Assembly (NCBI GenBank): GCA_050746805.1
Contig: JBOGMW010000102.1
Location: 287 to 64,286 of the forward strand
Direction of reading: 5' to 3'
Length of the DNA: 64,000 nucleotides
Source: Candidatus Acidiferrales bacterium
Lineage (GTDB): Bacteria > Acidobacteriota > Terriglobia > Acidiferrales > UBA7541
The translations under genes and the position numbers were made by a program. Each line of letters opens with the position of its first letter. The stretch's first letter is position 1. Positions 28,419 through 37,080 of the stretch are shown in pieces. The notes below the pieces were generated by a model. That model saw only the letters and a program-made list of their open reading frames with translations. It was not told the DNA's origin and did no database searches.

Positions 28419-29183
28419 TTGATCGGAGCGTTTCTCAGCCGCGCGCTGCTGGTCGCCGTCCGCGTCGGAGGTCTGATGACCTTCGCGCCCTTTTTCGGCA
28501 ATGCATCGCTGCCCAATCAGGTGAAAGCGGGACTCACGCTGGTTCTCACCGTGCTCCTGCTGCCCGTGTACGCGCCGGGGAATGCGCCCGCGGCGCACAG
28601 CATCGGCCAGTGGGCCGCCATGGCGCTCAGCGAAGCGGCGATCGGCTTGATGATCGGTTTCACCACCCAGTTCGTCTTCGACGGCATGGAGCTCGCCGGG
28701 CAAATCATCGGTTTCCAATTCGGATTTTCGCTGGTCAACATCATCGACCCCAACACTCAGGTGCAAACCACCGTACTCGGCTCGTTCCACGAGCTTTTTG
28801 CCTTATTAGTTTTCATGGAGCTGGGTATTCAGCGCTGGCTGCTGCGCGCCACTGCCGCCAGTTTTCGCATGATTCCAGTCGGCGGCTTTGTCGTCACGCG
28901 GTTGGCTGCCGCCGAATTGCTCCGCATGGCCGGCGCGATGTGGCTGATCGGTGCGGAAATTGCCTTTCCGGTCGTGCTGGCCACCATGCTTGTCGATTTG
29001 ACGGTCGGTTTCGTGTCCAAGGCCTCGCCCCAATTTCCGGCCATGTTTTTCGGCATTTCCGCCAAGGTGCTGGTGGGACTGGCGGTGTTGGTCGGCGCCG
29101 TCGCATTTTGGCCCGGCGCGCTTGCCCATTATTTCTATCACGCGCTCGCCGATGTCCAACGCTTACTGTCCATCGCTCGCTAG
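28419..29183 (+). CDS. fliR: flagellar export gate protein FliR
   Basis: 254-aa polytopic protein. RVGGLMTFAPFFGNASLPNQVKAGLTLVLT...GQIIGFQFGFSLVNIIDP. Confidence 0.9.
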   Translation: MIGAFLSRALLVAVRVGGLMTFAPFFGNASLPNQVKAGLTLVLTVLLLPVYAPGNAPAAHSIGQWAAMALSEAAIGLMIGFTTQFVFDGMELAGQIIGFQFGFSLVNIIDPNTQVQTTVLGSFHELFALLVFMELGIQRWLLRATAASFRMIPVGGFVVTRLAAAELLRMAGAMWLIGAEIAFPVVLATMLVDLTVGFVSKASPQFPAMFFGISAKVLVGLAVLVGAVAFWPGALAHYFYHALADVQRLLSIAR

Positions 29184-29195
29184 GAGCGTCGCCTG

Positions 29196-30320
29196 ATGGC
29201 CGATGAACAAAAGTCAGAACGAGCCACTCCTCGCCGGAGAAAAAAGGCCCTCGAGCAAGGCCAGCTCGTTCGCAGCCGCGATTTGCCGGCGGCGCTGGCT
29301 CTGCTGTCAGTTGCCGTGCTTTTGCGCTGGGCTCAGGGAGACTGGCTGCCCACGTGGCGAGGGTTATTCCGCAATCTTCTGGACGCGGCTTCGAGCGCAA
29401 ACGTGAATGCGTTTTTGCCGGCGCTGCACTGGACCACGATGGACACAATTCTCTGGGCTGGGCCACCATTGGCCGCCGCATTCGCTATTTCCGCCTTTGG
29501 CCTCGCGGCGCAGGGAGGTTTTGTTGTCACGCCGCTGGCCTTCGAGCCGAAATGGGAGCGTTTCAATCCGGCAAGCAACCTCTCGCGGGTTTTTTCCGTC
29601 GGTGGATTAAGCCCGCTGCTGAAGTCCCTGATCCCTGCGGCGTTTCTGCTCTACATAGCGTTCGCGATTCTTCGCCGCGATTGGCCGCAACTAATCCACG
29701 CATCGTCGATGGGCCTTCCTGCCGAAATGCATTGGCTCGGGAATTTGCTATACGAATTTTCTTGGAAGGCTGGAATGGTCTTGCTGGCTTGGTCCGCCGT
29801 CGATTACGGACTGCAGCGCTTAAATTACGAACGCTCCCTGCGCATGAGCAAGCAGGAAATCCGCGACGAGTCTAAGGAGCTCGAGGGCAATCCAACCACG
29901 CGAGGCCGCGTTCGCCGTCTCCGCCGCGATTTGCGTCGCCGCCGGATGATGCAGAACGTTCAGCGCGCTACGGTGGTCATTACCAACCCGGACGAGTTTG
30001 CCGTGGCCCTCGAATACATCCCCGAAAAAATGCCCGCGCCTCTGGTGCTGGCCAAAGGGCGAGGCTCGTTAGCCCAGAAAATCAAGCGCGAGGCCCGCTG
30101 GCACGAAGTTCCCATCGTTGAAAATCGCCCGCTGGCGCAAGCGCTCTATCGCACCGTGGAGGTCGGCGGCACGATTCCCGCAAAACTCTACACCGCCGTT
30201 GCTGAAGTGCTGGCATTCATCTACCGCGCGCAAGCGCGCATGCGCGCCGAAGCTGATGCCCGGCGCGCGAATCCGTCCGGCGCGCCGCGATCAGTTCCGG
30301 GAAAAGGGCCGCAGAGGTAA
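29196..30320 (+). CDS. flhB: flagellar export switch protein FlhB (NPDE instead of NPTH)
   Basis: MADEQKSERATPRRRKKALEQGQLVRSRDL...MSKQEIRDESKELEGNPTTRGRVRR...ATVVITNPDEFAVALEY. Confidence 0.95.
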   Translation: MADEQKSERATPRRRKKALEQGQLVRSRDLPAALALLSVAVLLRWAQGDWLPTWRGLFRNLLDAASSANVNAFLPALHWTTMDTILWAGPPLAAAFAISAFGLAAQGGFVVTPLAFEPKWERFNPASNLSRVFSVGGLSPLLKSLIPAAFLLYIAFAILRRDWPQLIHASSMGLPAEMHWLGNLLYEFSWKAGMVLLAWSAVDYGLQRLNYERSLRMSKQEIRDESKELEGNPTTRGRVRRLRRDLRRRRMMQNVQRATVVITNPDEFAVALEYIPEKMPAPLVLAKGRGSLAQKIKREARWHEVPIVENRPLAQALYRTVEVGGTIPAKLYTAVAEVLAFIYRAQARMRAEADARRANPSGAPRSVPGKGPQR

Positions 30321-30329
30321 CTCGCGAAT

Positions 30330-32393
30330 ATGGCTGCTACCGCCAATACGCTCGCAGGACGCAAATCCAACCGCGATTGGTTTTTGCCGATTGCTGCCGT
30401 CGCCGTCGTATTCGTGATGCTGGTGCCGATTCCAGCATTTCTTTTGGACATCCTGCTCGCCACCAGCATCACCCTCGGTGTTCTGGTGCTGCTCTCCGCG
30501 TTGCAAATTCTGCGCCCGGTGCAGTTTTCCGTTTTTCCCACGCTGCTTCTGCTGCTCACCCTGTTTCGCCTGTCGCTCAATCTGGCCAGCACGCGGCGCA
30601 TTCTGCTTCATGGCAGCGAAGGAACTTCCGCCGCTGGACACGTGATCGAATCGTTTGGTCAGTTCGTCGTGGGTGGGAATTATGTCGTGGGGTTCGTCGT
30701 GTTCCTCGCGCTGATAGCCATTCAATACTTGGTGATCAATCACGGCGCGGTGCGCACCGCGGAAGTTTCCGCGCGCTTTACTCTTGACGCCCTCCCGGGG
30801 AAGCAGATGGCTATCGACGCCGATCTCAACTCCGGGGCGATTGACGAGCGCACCGCCCGCACCCGCCGCGAGCAGATCGCGCGCGAGGCCGAATTCTACG
30901 GCGCGATGGACGGCGCCGCGCGCTTCAGCCAGCGCGACGCCTTGGCCACCATTCTGATCACCGCCATCAACATCATCGCCGGATTCCTGATCGGCGTGTT
31001 TCAGCACGGCATGACGCTGCAAGATGCGCTCAGTACTTACACCATTTTGACCGTGGGCGACGGCCTGGTGACTCTGATCCCGTCTCTGCTCGTATCCGTG
31101 GCGGGCGGGATCGTTGTCACTCGCGCGACATCCGACGATCCCATCGGCACGGAGGTCGGCCGGCAGCTTTTTGGTAAGCGGCGCACCCTCTACCTGGCTG
31201 CGGGAGTGATGACCAGCCTCGCTCTGATTCCCGGGCTGCCGAAGTTTTCCTTTCTGTTGCTCGCCGGTTCCGTGGCCTACCTGGGCTACCGCAATTCGGA
31301 GGTTGCCGCGCCCCTCGCCGGCAAGGACGCCGAAATCGAGCGCAAGCCAAACGCGCAGGAGCAGCTTGAATCTCTGTTGAAGCTCGACGATATCAGCGTC
31401 GAAGTCGGCTTTGGGCTGATTCCTCTAGTCGATCAGAAACAAGGCGGCCAGATGCTGCCGCGCATTCGCGCTCTGCGCCGCCATCTGGCCACCGAACTCG
31501 GTTTCATCGTTCCCGCCATCCATATTACGGACAACATGCGTCTGAAGCCGCGCGAATACGTAGTCCGGCTGCGAGGAGTGGAAATCGCACGCGGCGAAAC
31601 CTACCAGGATTGGCTGCTGGCCATCAGTTCGGAATCGTCTCCGCCCCCGATTCAAGGTGTGGAAACGCGCGAGCCTGCCTTCGGTGTTCCCGCGCGATGG
31701 ATTCCCACGAACATGCGGGATACCGCTCTAGGCGCGGGATACGCAGTGGTCGAGCAGACCTCCGTGATCGCCACGCATCTCGCCGAAGTGGTTCGCCGCC
31801 ACGCGCACGAAGTTCTCACCCGCCAGGAAACCAAGCGTTTGCTCGACGCGCTTTCCGAGTCGCAGCCAAAGCTCGTCGAAGAACTGGTGCCGCGCGTGCT
31901 CAGCCTGGGAGAAGTCGAAAAAATCCTCCAGCAGCTTCTGCGGGAACAAGTATCCATCCGCGATCTGCCCACCATTCTTGAGACACTGATCGACGCCTCC
32001 GCCGTTAATCGCAGCATCGTGTCTCTGGTTGAAACGGCTCGCCAGGCGTTGGGGCGCGCGCTGGTCCAGCCGCTGCTGCAGGACGACGGCAAACTCAAGG
32101 TGCTGGCGCTCGATCCGGCGCTCGAAGACGAAATCAACCGCGCTTTTGAGCCCGCAGCCGCTGCAGCTCGTCCTCCGGCCCTGCAAACCGGCTTTTTGCG
32201 CCGAGTCCTTGACGGACTTCGCCGCGTCGCGGGAGAACAAATTGCAGTGGCATCGCCCATCGTGCTTTGCAGCAGTCCGGCGCGCTTTCACCTGCGGCGG
32301 CTTCTCGAGCCGTTTGTGCCGCGCATCGTCGTTCTGTCACCCGCCGAAATTCCCCCGGTGGTGTCCGTCCAATCGCTGGGAGTAGTGCAATGA
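30330..32393 (+). CDS. flhA: flagellar export gate protein FlhA
   Basis: 687 aa. FPTLLLLLTLFRLSLNLASTRRILLHG...VVGFVVFLALIAIQYLVINHGAVRTAEVSARFTLDALPGKQMAIDADL. Confidence 0.97.
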   Translation: MAATANTLAGRKSNRDWFLPIAAVAVVFVMLVPIPAFLLDILLATSITLGVLVLLSALQILRPVQFSVFPTLLLLLTLFRLSLNLASTRRILLHGSEGTSAAGHVIESFGQFVVGGNYVVGFVVFLALIAIQYLVINHGAVRTAEVSARFTLDALPGKQMAIDADLNSGAIDERTARTRREQIAREAEFYGAMDGAARFSQRDALATILITAINIIAGFLIGVFQHGMTLQDALSTYTILTVGDGLVTLIPSLLVSVAGGIVVTRATSDDPIGTEVGRQLFGKRRTLYLAAGVMTSLALIPGLPKFSFLLLAGSVAYLGYRNSEVAAPLAGKDAEIERKPNAQEQLESLLKLDDISVEVGFGLIPLVDQKQGGQMLPRIRALRRHLATELGFIVPAIHITDNMRLKPREYVVRLRGVEIARGETYQDWLLAISSESSPPPIQGVETREPAFGVPARWIPTNMRDTALGAGYAVVEQTSVIATHLAEVVRRHAHEVLTRQETKRLLDALSESQPKLVEELVPRVLSLGEVEKILQQLLREQVSIRDLPTILETLIDASAVNRSIVSLVETARQALGRALVQPLLQDDGKLKVLALDPALEDEINRAFEPAAAAARPPALQTGFLRRVLDGLRRVAGEQIAVASPIVLCSSPARFHLRRLLEPFVPRIVVLSPAEIPPVVSVQSLGVVQ

Positions 32394-32442
32394 CGCCCCA
32401 TGCCAAGTCCTGGTGTGGTTTGAAAGGGTCCCTGTGAACGAG

Positions 32443-33273
32443 ATGAGTCAACAATCTGTCGCGGCGCCCGCGTTACTCGATGAAGGACAGCGCGAAAAAC
32501 TGCTCATCGAGCATTTGCCGCAGGTGCAATACATCGCGCGGCGCATTCACGACCGGCTGCCTCCGCAAGTGCTGCTCGAAGATCTGGTGCACGCCGGAAT
32601 TCTTGGCCTGATGGATGCGGTGCAAAAGTACGATCCAGGCAAAAACGTACAGTTGAAGCATTACGCCGAATTTCGCATTCGCGGCGCCATTCTCGATAGC
32701 CTCCGTCAAGTCGATTGGAGCCCGCGAGCTTTGCGCCGTCAGGCGCGCCGCATGGAACAGGCCATCTCGGATTGCAAGGCGCGCCTCGGCCGCGATCCGA
32801 GCGAGCCTGAAATTGCCGCGGAACTCAACATCAGCCTGGAACGTTTGCAGCAATTGCTTGGCGATTTGCGCGGCCTGGATATTGGCAGCCTGCAATCGGA
32901 AGCCAATGAATCATCGGGCGATGAGGTGGCGCAACCGCGCGCGGTGGGCGAGGAAAACGATCCGTACCAGCAGGCGCTGCGGTCGGAAATGAACGGACTG
33001 CTGGAACGTGCCATCGGTGAACTTCCCGACCGCGAACGGCAGGTCCTCGCTCTTTACCACTACGAGGAACTCACCATGAAGGAAGTCGGCGCGGTGCTCA
33101 AGATTGGAGAATCGCGCGTCTCGCAGATTCACACTGCGGCGCTGCTCAGGCTTCGCGTGCGCATGCGCGAACTGGTGGAATTGTTGCCGACGAGTTCGAG
33201 GCAGCCCGCGCACGTGCCTTCGCTTGCGCGCCGGCAGGCCGCCGTGGAGGTGAACGTATGGAAAAAATCCTGA
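32443..33273 (+). CDS. fliA: flagellar sigma factor FliA (sigma28)
   Basis: LIEHLPQVQYIARRIHDRLPPQVLLEDLVHAGILGLMDAVQKYDPGKNVQLKHYAEFRIRGAILD... region 4 LTMKEVGAVLKIGESRVSQIHTAALLRLR. An alternative GTG start lies at 32413. Confidence 0.9.
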   Translation: MSQQSVAAPALLDEGQREKLLIEHLPQVQYIARRIHDRLPPQVLLEDLVHAGILGLMDAVQKYDPGKNVQLKHYAEFRIRGAILDSLRQVDWSPRALRRQARRMEQAISDCKARLGRDPSEPEIAAELNISLERLQQLLGDLRGLDIGSLQSEANESSGDEVAQPRAVGEENDPYQQALRSEMNGLLERAIGELPDRERQVLALYHYEELTMKEVGAVLKIGESRVSQIHTAALLRLRVRMRELVELLPTSSRQPAHVPSLARRQAAVEVNVWKKS

Positions 33274-34241
33274 AGCAGGAAGAAATCGACCATTTATTCC
33301 GCAGCGCGAAAGTCTCGCCCGCCGCGCTCAAAGTCCGCCGTCGCGCGGTGCAGACGTGCGACTTTCGCCAATCCGGCCAGCTGAGCAAAAACCAGGTTCG
33401 CCAGGTCAGCTCGCTTCACGATAATTTCGCTCCCAACGTTTCCAATTCTCTAGGCGCCTACCTGCGCGTCGGGTTTCAGATGAGTTTGGTGGCCGTCGAG
33501 CAGCTCGCTTACAGTGAATTTCTCGGGCGGCTTCCGGAGCAAACGTACTTTTCCACCTCGCTGTTGATGCCCACGGAAGAAACCGCGGCGCTGCAGATGG
33601 ATTTATCGCTGATTTTCCCGATGATCGACTTGTTGCTGGGCGGTCCCGGGCGCAGTCTCGACGAACCTCGCGACCTCACGGAGATCGAAGAGCAGATTGC
33701 CATCACCGTAATCGGTGTACTTTGGCGCGAGCTGCAAGCTACCTGGCAAATCGCCTGGCCGCTCGAGTTTCAAGCAGGTCCGCGCCTGAAGCCGTCGCAA
33801 ACGATGAGCTTGCTGCCTTCCGGCGAGCGCGTCCTAAACGTGAGCTTTGAAATTCAATTGACGGATGTTCGCGGCGTGCTGAATCTCGTCTTCCCGGCGA
33901 TCGTTTCCAACATGTTGCTGCGAAAGCTTTCCCAGCAGGGCTTGGTCCATCGCCGCCGGCGCTCGGAGGATAGCACCGCGCGGATTCGCGAACGTCTTCT
34001 CGAAGCAAGCGTAGCCATGGACCTCGATCTCGCGCACGTGCCACTACGCATCCGCGATATTGTCGATCTGGAGCTTGGCCAAGTTCTCCCGCTGCGCCAT
34101 TCACTAGAAGAGTCGATGACGATTTCCATTAACGGCGAGCGCATTTTCAGCGGCGCGCCGGTCAGTTGCGGTTCGGCGCGCGCTGCTTTAATTCAGAGCA
34201 AGCTTCCCATTCCCGGTTTGCTGCTTAAGGAGCACGCGTGA
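33258..34241 (+). CDS. fliM: flagellar motor switch protein FliM
   Basis: MEKILKQEEIDHLF (CheY-P-binding-type N-terminus)...LSLIFPMIDLLLGGPG. 327 aa. Confidence 0.9.
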   Translation: MEKILKQEEIDHLFRSAKVSPAALKVRRRAVQTCDFRQSGQLSKNQVRQVSSLHDNFAPNVSNSLGAYLRVGFQMSLVAVEQLAYSEFLGRLPEQTYFSTSLLMPTEETAALQMDLSLIFPMIDLLLGGPGRSLDEPRDLTEIEEQIAITVIGVLWRELQATWQIAWPLEFQAGPRLKPSQTMSLLPSGERVLNVSFEIQLTDVRGVLNLVFPAIVSNMLLRKLSQQGLVHRRRRSEDSTARIRERLLEASVAMDLDLAHVPLRIRDIVDLELGQVLPLRHSLEESMTISINGERIFSGAPVSCGSARAALIQSKLPIPGLLLKEHA

Positions 34242-35215
34242 ATACCGGCGCACTGCCCGAAATTTCCGTGGGCGATCAGAAATTCGCGCAAATCTGGGCT
34301 GATGCCACCGCGCGCGTTCTCGAGTCGCTGCATGCCAAGCAGTTTACGGCCACGCCGCGCCCTCCCGCCGCAGCCGAAACAGCCGTTGCCGCCTCCGGCG
34401 AAAGTTTGTGGATGCGCTTCCAAGCGAGCGGCAGCGTAGCCGGAGAATTCGCTTTTCAGTTCACGCGTTCTGATGGCGTGCGGCTGGCGCAGTTACTTGC
34501 CGGGGAGCCGCTTGATGGCGCCGCCGCGTTCAATGAAACGCACACCGACGCGCTGCAGGAAACGTTTCGGCAATTTGCAGGCGTTGCCGCTTCCGCTTGC
34601 AAATCGAAATACGGCGAGGAAGCCCAATTCCAATTGCAGCCGGGAAACGAGCCGGCTTGGACGCCCGCCGGATACGCCGCGTGGCTTTTTGCGGCGCCGG
34701 AAATCGCGCCGTTGCAATGGACGCTGCTGCTGAACGCCGATCTTCATAGCTCGCTGGACTCCTTCAGCGACAAACAGCAAGCGAACGCCGCGCCAGAAGC
34801 GCCCGTTGCGCCCGCCCCAACGCCCGCCATTGCGGAGTCGCCGGAACCGCCGGCAATGCCGGAATATGCGCCTTCACAACGCATGGAGCCGCGGGCCATT
34901 GACGCGCCGCCAGACGCAACCGCCGCGGGCGCCGAAGACGCTGCGCCGATGCCCGCCAATCTCGACGTACTGCTTGATGTGGAGTTGGACGCGAGGCTGC
35001 GATTTGGCCAGCGCGATATGCTGCTGCGCGAAATTTTGGAGTTGCGCCCTGGCTCGGTGGTGGAGCTCGATCGGAAAGTGCAGGAACCGGCGGAACTGCT
35101 TGTCTCCGGACGAGTGATCGCGCGTGGAGAAGTGGTGATCGTGGACGGTAATTACGGGCTGCGCATCACGGATATTGTGCAGCCGCAGCAGCGGCTCGAG
35201 TCCGTGGAAACCTAA
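34238..35215 (+). CDS. fliN: FliN/FliY-type switch protein (long N-terminal extension plus C-terminal SpoA domain)
   Basis: C-terminus NLDVLLDVELDARLRFGQRDMLLREILELRPGSVVELDRKVQEPAELLVSGRVIARGEVVIVDGNYGLRITDIV. GTGA overlap with fliM. Confidence 0.85.
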   Translation: MNTGALPEISVGDQKFAQIWADATARVLESLHAKQFTATPRPPAAAETAVAASGESLWMRFQASGSVAGEFAFQFTRSDGVRLAQLLAGEPLDGAAAFNETHTDALQETFRQFAGVAASACKSKYGEEAQFQLQPGNEPAWTPAGYAAWLFAAPEIAPLQWTLLLNADLHSSLDSFSDKQQANAAPEAPVAPAPTPAIAESPEPPAMPEYAPSQRMEPRAIDAPPDATAAGAEDAAPMPANLDVLLDVELDARLRFGQRDMLLREILELRPGSVVELDRKVQEPAELLVSGRVIARGEVVIVDGNYGLRITDIVQPQQRLESVET

Positions 35216-35272
35216 CAGCGCGCGGACTATCGGGGTATTTCGGTCGGCACAAGCTTCGCGGGAGGAAAATCC

Positions 35273-36085
35273 TTGGAGTGCGAAAATCCAAGCTGTCCAT
35301 CGCGCAATTCGTTGCGGCGGCTGATGTCCTGGCGCAAGGGGGAAGGCGTCACGTTGCAGGGGCGCTGGTATTGCAGCCTCGACTGTTTCGAGCAGGCGAT
35401 TACGGATGTTTTCGCGGGGCTGCTGAAGTTGCCGGAGGAGCCGCTGCCTCGGCTGCATCGCGTGCCGCTGGGCCTGTTGTTGCTTGGGCGCGGCGTGATC
35501 ACCGATGCCCAACTGAAATCGGCGCTCGAAGCGCAGCGCAGCTCCGGAGTGGAGCGGCTGGGGCATTGGCTGGTGCGGCTCGGAGTCGCTTCGGCGACGG
35601 ACGTTTCCGCGGCGCTGGCAGCGCAGTGGGGTTGCGCCACGTTTCCGCTGGAGCGCGATTTTCGGTATCGGGAGTGCGCCGGCTTGCTGCCGTACGCGCT
35701 GCTGGAATCCTCGCGCATGATTCCAGTGCGTTATCTGCCCGCGAGCCAGATGCTATTCGTCGCTTTTGCCGAGGACATCGACCATACCGCGCTGTACGCC
35801 ATCGGGCAACTGACGGGCGGCCGTACCGAGCCGTGCGTGGCTACTGAAGCGGCGGTGGAACACGCGCTCGATGAGGTGCGCGCGGCGCATCGGCCAACCG
35901 AAATTGTGTTCGAGACGCTGTGGGACGCGCGAGAAATGGCTCACACGATCCGCGATTACGCCGTGAAATTGGGCGCCGACGAACTGATGCTGGCGCGGCC
36001 GCGGCGATTTTTGTGGGTGCGGCTGCGGGCGTCCGAGCAGTCGTGGGATTTTCTGTTCCGGCTGCCGCCAGGCAATTTGGAGTAG
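35273..36085 (+). CDS. stand-alone MshEN / T2SSE_N-domain protein with N-terminal Cys4 module (no ATPase domain)
   Basis: TTG start with a GGGAGGA SD. MECENPSCPS...WYCSLDC. Then PLGLLLLGRGVITDAQLKSALEAQ-RSSGVE-RLGHWLVRLGVASATDVSAALAAQ, followed by the alpha/beta part LLPYALLESSRMIPVRYL...LFVAFAEDIDHTALYAIGQLTGGRTEPCVATEAAVEHAL. Confidence 0.75.
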   Translation: MECENPSCPSRNSLRRLMSWRKGEGVTLQGRWYCSLDCFEQAITDVFAGLLKLPEEPLPRLHRVPLGLLLLGRGVITDAQLKSALEAQRSSGVERLGHWLVRLGVASATDVSAALAAQWGCATFPLERDFRYRECAGLLPYALLESSRMIPVRYLPASQMLFVAFAEDIDHTALYAIGQLTGGRTEPCVATEAAVEHALDEVRAAHRPTEIVFETLWDAREMAHTIRDYAVKLGADELMLARPRRFLWVRLRASEQSWDFLFRLPPGNLE

Positions 36086-36247
36086 CGGAAACCGAGCAGC
36101 GGGAGCACTTTGTGTGGCTGCCTTTGAGCGGCGTAGGCCCCAATGTCTACCGAAGCGGTACGAGCTTTTCACCGGCTGAAAACCTAAAGCCCCTTGCTCG
36201 CCAAGCCGATATCTCCCTTGCGGCGACTTTGCGAACCGGGGGAGCGT

Positions 36248-36895
36248 ATGCCAACCGCAACACAGAGCGGGATTCACGAGACAAGTTTTTCGTGCCATGC
36301 GGGAATGCCGAGCGCTTTCGGAGCCACAGCGCCGCAGACGCGCAAAGCCGCGGCAGTCGTGCCTGAGGTTTGCGATCGCGCTGCGCGCTTGGCGGACCTG
36401 TTGGCCCAAGATCCAGTTGACCTGACGAGCGTGAGCGACGAAATCCGCTCGCAGCCTTCGCTCGCCGCTGCCGTAAGATGGATTGCGGCATCGCTGCAGT
36501 TGTTGCCGCCGGACTCGATAAGCAGCGTAGAGGAAGCGGCTATTGTGCTGGGTACCGAACGGCTGCGAGTTCTGTTGCATGCTTGGCCCGCATTCGAGCA
36601 GGCGCAAGGGCGAGCGGACGGCGATGCCCCAGTTTCCAGCGAAGACGTTGCTGCCTCGGGCGTGGCATGGACGCCGGAGTCGGTTTACCTTGCTTGCTTC
36701 GTCCGGCTATTGGGACTCGGTAGCGGAGACACAGCAGATTCCATCGACGCTGTTTGCTTGGCTGCGAGTAACAGAACGGAAATTGCCGAGTTGACGGAGA
36801 TGCTGGTGCGGGATTTTCTCGCGCTGATTCCTACCGTCCATCCGCGGCTGCCCGGTGCGCTTCGGCAACGCGACGAGCAGGGCAAGAGACGGTAG
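36248..36895 (+). CDS. HDOD-like domain protein (divergent)
   Basis: LADLLAQDPVDLTSVSDEIRSQPSLAAAVRWIAASLQLLPPDSISSVEEAAIVLGTERLRVLL follows the HDOD N-terminal pattern. The start is uncertain (ORF opens at 36194). Confidence 0.5.
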   Translation: MPTATQSGIHETSFSCHAGMPSAFGATAPQTRKAAAVVPEVCDRAARLADLLAQDPVDLTSVSDEIRSQPSLAAAVRWIAASLQLLPPDSISSVEEAAIVLGTERLRVLLHAWPAFEQAQGRADGDAPVSSEDVAASGVAWTPESVYLACFVRLLGLGSGDTADSIDAVCLAASNRTEIAELTEMLVRDFLALIPTVHPRLPGALRQRDEQGKRR

Positions 36896-37080
36896 ACAAT
36901 CGCGCGGCTGCCCGAAAAGCATGAGCTGCCGAACGCGTTCTTCTTCACGGCACCCACCCGCTCTCTTCCTACAGCTTCATTCAGTTTTCAAAGAACATCC
37001 AGATTAGGTACAGGTCCATCTGGCCTGTACCTAACCCGGAGCTCTTAGGTTGAGATGAAGTTGAGGGCGTTGTGTTTCGG

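Noticed and set aside
27509-29206. 565-aa ORF on the plus strand spanning fliP, fliQ and fliR in another frame. Similar long shadow ORFs occur elsewhere (5758..6696 minus, 17874..18575 minus, 35753..36607 minus, 38264..39265 minus, 593..1252 minus).
   Set aside because: They overlap genes with clear family signatures. Their translations are R/A/G/H/P-rich low-complexity strings typical of alternative frames in GC-rich DNA. No domain motifs were seen.
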